Shown: positions 60,677 through 64,000 of the stretch, piece after piece
Position numbering within the stretch: position 1 is the first letter of the stretch
Layout of the letters: every line of letters starts with the position of its first letter
Assembly (NCBI GenBank): GCA_963807605.1
Contig: CAWECG010000003.1
Coordinates: 1,093,265-1,157,264 of the forward strand
Source: Candidatus Bathyarchaeota archaeon
GTDB lineage: Archaea; Thermoproteota; Bathyarchaeia; 40CM-2-53-6; RBG-13-38-9
DNA: 64,000 nucleotides
Reading direction: 5' to 3'
Made by a program: the position numbers and the translations under genes
Notes under the pieces: model-generated
Databases searched by the model: none
What the model saw: the letters and a program-made list of their open reading frames with translations, nothing else
What the model was told of the DNA's origin: nothing

Positions 60677-61102
60677 GGTTGACTCCGCCAAAAAAGGGAC
60701 AATAGGGACTTCTCTCGGAAGAGAGCAAAGCCGCCTACCCAAGCCGGGGAGTCTTATAGCCTTCGCGGGTCGAAATCGCCGTTTCGCCTCGGGAAACGTG
60801 TCATTACGTGCCGCGCACGGTATAGGATGCCCTCCCGCCGCGCCGCCGGCCGTCCGGATCGGCTCACGCCTTATCAGAAAAATCCGTGAAAACGGTCGGC
60901 CCCTGGAAGCCCAGCCGGAATTGCAGACCCTCTTTCTCACCCGGCCTTGCGTTGTTCCGATTCACCCATTCTAACCTATGAGTCGGAAAGCCACAAAGAA
61001 AAAATGAGGGGCCGGCGTCGGCTTTGCCGGAGAGTCTGCCGCGCCGGGGCGTAAGGGGGGGGCCGCCTTTGCCGATCCTGTTGATGCGAGGAAATTTAGC
61101 GA

Positions 61103-62378
61103 TTATTCCTCGCAGCACGGCCCAGGCGGTCTCGATGTGCCCAAGGGGGCGCTGACTTGAATGCCGGCCACCCGCCGGCGGACCCGGGCGACCGACTCCC
61201 GCGCCACGGCCACGCCCACGGCCAACTGCTCCTCGCGGCCGGCCGCCGCGGCCATCCGCTCCAGCACCGCGTCGGGCACGACCACCCCCGGCACCTCGTT
61301 CCGCATGAACAGGGCGTTGCGGTAGCTCACCAGCGGCCAGACGCCGGCGAGGATCGGGATGCCCAGCGGCTGAGACTCGTCGAGCATCCCCAGCAGGGCG
61401 TCGGGGTGAACACCGGGTGGGTGATGGCGAATTCCTCCCTCCTGCACTTTCCGGCGGAAGCGCTGGACTTCGCGGCGGCGGTCCAGGTCCGTAGGGTCCA
61501 GGCCGACGCCGATCACCGCCATCGTCTGCGGGTCGATGGCCTGGCCGCCCAAGTCGATGCCGGCGTTCAGCGGCGCTGCACGGCGACCATGCCGATCGAG
61601 TCGGCGTCGAACACGCCGGTGGCGTGCGGATAGTCGCCCAGCTTGGGCGGATCGCCGGTCACGAACAGCAGGTTGCGGATGCCGCAGGCGGCGCAGGCCA
61701 ACAGGTCGGCCTGCATGCCGATCAGGTTGCGGTCGCGGCAGCAGAAGTGCAGCACGGCCTCGATGCCCGCCTCCCGCTGGATGCGGTCGGCGGTAACCAG
61801 CGGCGAAATGCGAGCTGGCCCGCGGACCGTCGGGGATATTGATCGCCGAGACGCCGCGCTCGCCGAGCGTGCGGCTTTTCGCCACGGTGCTGCTCAGGTC
61901 GTAGCCGCGGGGCGGCACGATCTCGCGTCTCGAAGATGATGAAATCGGCCCCTCCCTCCCGCAGGGCGCCGGCCTGCTCGGCAATCATCTCCTCGACCAG
62001 CCCCGTAGGGCGGGCGGCGAGGGGAGCGGCCCGATCGAGCCGGCCACGAGAACTCGCGGCCGGAAGCGGCGTCTGCCACCCGCCGGGCCGAGACCGCCCC
62101 GGCGCGGTTGATGCCCGCACCTTGTCTCCCAGGCCGAACTTGGCCAGCCCCACGGGTTCGCCCCGAAGGTGTTGGTGGTCAGCACGTCGGCCCCGGCCTC
62201 GCAGTATTCGCGGTGGATGGCCTCGATCAGTTTGGGTCGGCGAGGACGACTGGTCGAACGAGCGGTTGGTGAAACGTGGTGCCGGTAGATCTCCGTGCCC
62301 ATCGCGCCGTCGAAGACGAGCACGCCGCGCGCGGAGGGCGTCGGAGAAGATCGGCGGCTCGGCACGGGCGGCGGTCAT
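61103..62378 (-). CDS. Bifunctional homocysteine S-methyltransferase/MTHFR (YitJ-like), frameshifted
   Basis: VFDGAMGTE, GADVLTTNTFGAN, NIPDGPRAS, HFCCRDRNLIGMQ, TGDPPKLGDYP, NEVPGV across frames. Confidence 0.8.
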
Positions 62379-62415
62379 GATAAGCCGTTTAGCGGGCGGG
62401 CTTGCCCGCCGGTTA

Positions 62416-62528
62416 CTCCGTTCCCACGGTCCTCCGTGGGAACGCCGCGAGTGGCCGCTCGGCGGCCCTTCCCGACTCGGGGACGCAGAGCCCACTCAGT
62501 GCGTTCCCACGCGGAGCATGGGAACGAG
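62416..62528. repeat. REP-like palindrome doublet
   Basis: CGTTCCCACGG-TCCT-CCGTGGGAACG (62419-62444) and CGTTCCCACGC-GGA-GCATGGGAACG (62502-62526). Confidence 0.7.
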
Positions 62529-62539
62529 AAAATAGTACG

Positions 62540-62934
62540 CGTGCCAGAAGTCGCCACCACCGCCGCCGCCGAAATCACCGCCGCCGCCGCCGAAGTCACC
62601 ACCACCACCACCACCGAAATTACCACCGCCGCCGGCATCGCCGCCAAAATCACCGCCGCCGCCGGGGTCGCCGCTGAAATCGCCGGCGCCGGAATTCCCG
62701 GCGACGAGCCCGAGTCGCCGGACATGATCCCGCCGCCCCCCTAACGACCCCCGGCCGCCGCGAAAGGAGTCATAGAGCCAACTGCCCGCGGCCGCGCCGA
62801 ACATCCCGCCCGAGCATCGACTGGAAGAAGCCGCCGCCCCCGCCGGAAAGGCCAGGCGAAGCGGCGCCCTCAAGTGCCACCGAGCCCAACAGCGAAAGCA
62901 AGCGGGACATGGGAAATCTCCGGGAATAAGGCAT
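62540..62934 (-). CDS. Gly-rich protein or fragment with GGDFGGG repeats (frameshifted; boundaries approximate)
   Basis: GGGGFFQSMLG, GMFGAAAGSWLYDSF, (GGDFGGGG)n. Confidence 0.5.
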
Positions 62935-63087
62935 TTGATCTGCCATCGTCCGCACCTCTATGAGTGTGCGGTTTCACCCATCGCTGAGAATTCTAGCAAA
63001 CCCAGGCAGATTGACAACGCCCCGGCCGGCAACGACAATACGGCCAGCCTTCGTTTTTTGCCTCTTTCCGATCGAAAGGGTTTTGGC

Positions 63088-64000
63088 GATGATGCTCAGA
63101 GTCCAGATGGCGGCAGGCAGTCTTCGCGTCGGGAGTTTCTTCAGCGGTCGGGCAGTGCGGGTGGCGGCCGCGGCCCGGCGGGCCATTGACGGCCCGCGGC
63201 TACGCCGGCGAAGAGAACACGATCAAGATCGCCCTGGTGGGCTGCGGCGGGCGGGGCACGGGGCGGCCGCCCAGGCCCTGAGCAACCGAGGGCCCCACCA
63301 AGCTCGTGGCCATGGCCGATTTTTTCCCGCAAAGATGCCGGGCAGCATCCGCCAGCCGCGCCAGCATTCCCCAAGCAGATCGACTCCCGCCGGAGCGGCA
63401 GTTCACCGGGCTGGACGGCTACCGCAAGGCCATCGATGCGCTCCCCCGGCGACGTGGTGCTGCTGGCCACGCCGCCGGGTTCCGGCCGCTCCACCTGGAA
63501 TATGCGGTCCAGAAAGTCGTGCAACGTGTTCATGGAAAAGTCGTTCGCCGTGGATGCCCCCGGCATACGCCGCGTCCTCAGGGCGGGCAGGAAGCCGGCC
63601 AAGAAGAACCTCAAGATCGCCTGCGGCCTGATGACCCGCCATTACCGCCCGCTGGAAGAGGCCTCGGGCAAATCCACAAGGGCCTCATCGGCGACTCATC
63701 ACCTGCTGGGCTTACCGCGAGCACGCCGGTGGGGCTTCCCGCCCCGGCCGCCGGGCGCGAGCGAAATGGCCCAGCAGATCCGCAACTACTACTGCTTTAC
63801 CTGGCTCAACGGCAGTTTCATCCTGGACTGGCTGATCCACAATCTCGACGTGTGCTGCTGGGGCAAGGAGGCCTGGCCGGTCTCGGCCCAGGGGCAAGGC
63901 GGGCGCCAGGCCCGCACCGAGCCCGATCCGCTGTTCGACCACTACGCGATCGAATACTGTTCGCCGACGGCACGCGGCTGTTCGCCCAGGGCCGGCACAT
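63088..64000 (+). CDS. Tat-exported Gfo/Idh/MocA oxidoreductase (frameshifted, runs off window)
   Basis: SSRREFLQ twin-arginine motif, TIKIALVGCGGRGTGAA, ATPPG, VFMEK, IHNLDV across frames. Confidence 0.78.

Larger units (their letters stand above)
59204..64000. other. Foreign high-GC bacterial (Planctomycete-like) segment with dense indels
   Basis: Abrupt GC jump at ~59204; every gene broken by repeated frameshifts; Planctomycete signal motif. Confidence 0.88.

Noticed and set aside
59204-64000. Horizontal transfer or programmed frameshifting of Planctomycete genes
   Set aside because: Mid-gene junction, no mobility signature and random indels point to an assembly artefact.

Overview
The window has two unrelated parts. 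Bases 1 to ~59203 are moderate-GC archaeal DNA, inferred TACK and most likely Bathyarchaeia (eL14/eL19/eL32/eS4, archaeal MAT, tandem PurP, multi-intron tRNAs, intron-containing cbf5). It holds metabolic and housekeeping genes, valS, an IS5/ISH1-type element with an 8-bp TSD, archease-rtcB and a nearly complete S10-spc-secY-adk-cmk-cbf5 cluster. After tRNA-Ser(GGA) comes a decayed island (52.2-57.6 kb) with two tyrosine-integrase remnants, a 48-bp solo-hairpin IS200/IS605 derivative that interrupts one integrase, two CRISPR-repeat-like 30-mers, an intact TnpB element (inferred TAM TTAA) and an IsrB (HNH-less IscB) element with its omegaRNA (inferred TAM ATGA). Other highlights: a 19-nt BHB intron splitting the catalytic Asp codon of cbf5, a three-intron tRNA-Ser(UGA), a 77-aa triple AT-hook protein, structured leaders before a TRAM gene and rps3, and recurrent (CG)n tracts. 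From ~59204 the DNA switches abruptly to very high-GC, indel-ridden Planctomycete-like sequence, most likely a contig join or contaminant. All family calls come from reading motifs by eye; no database searches were run.
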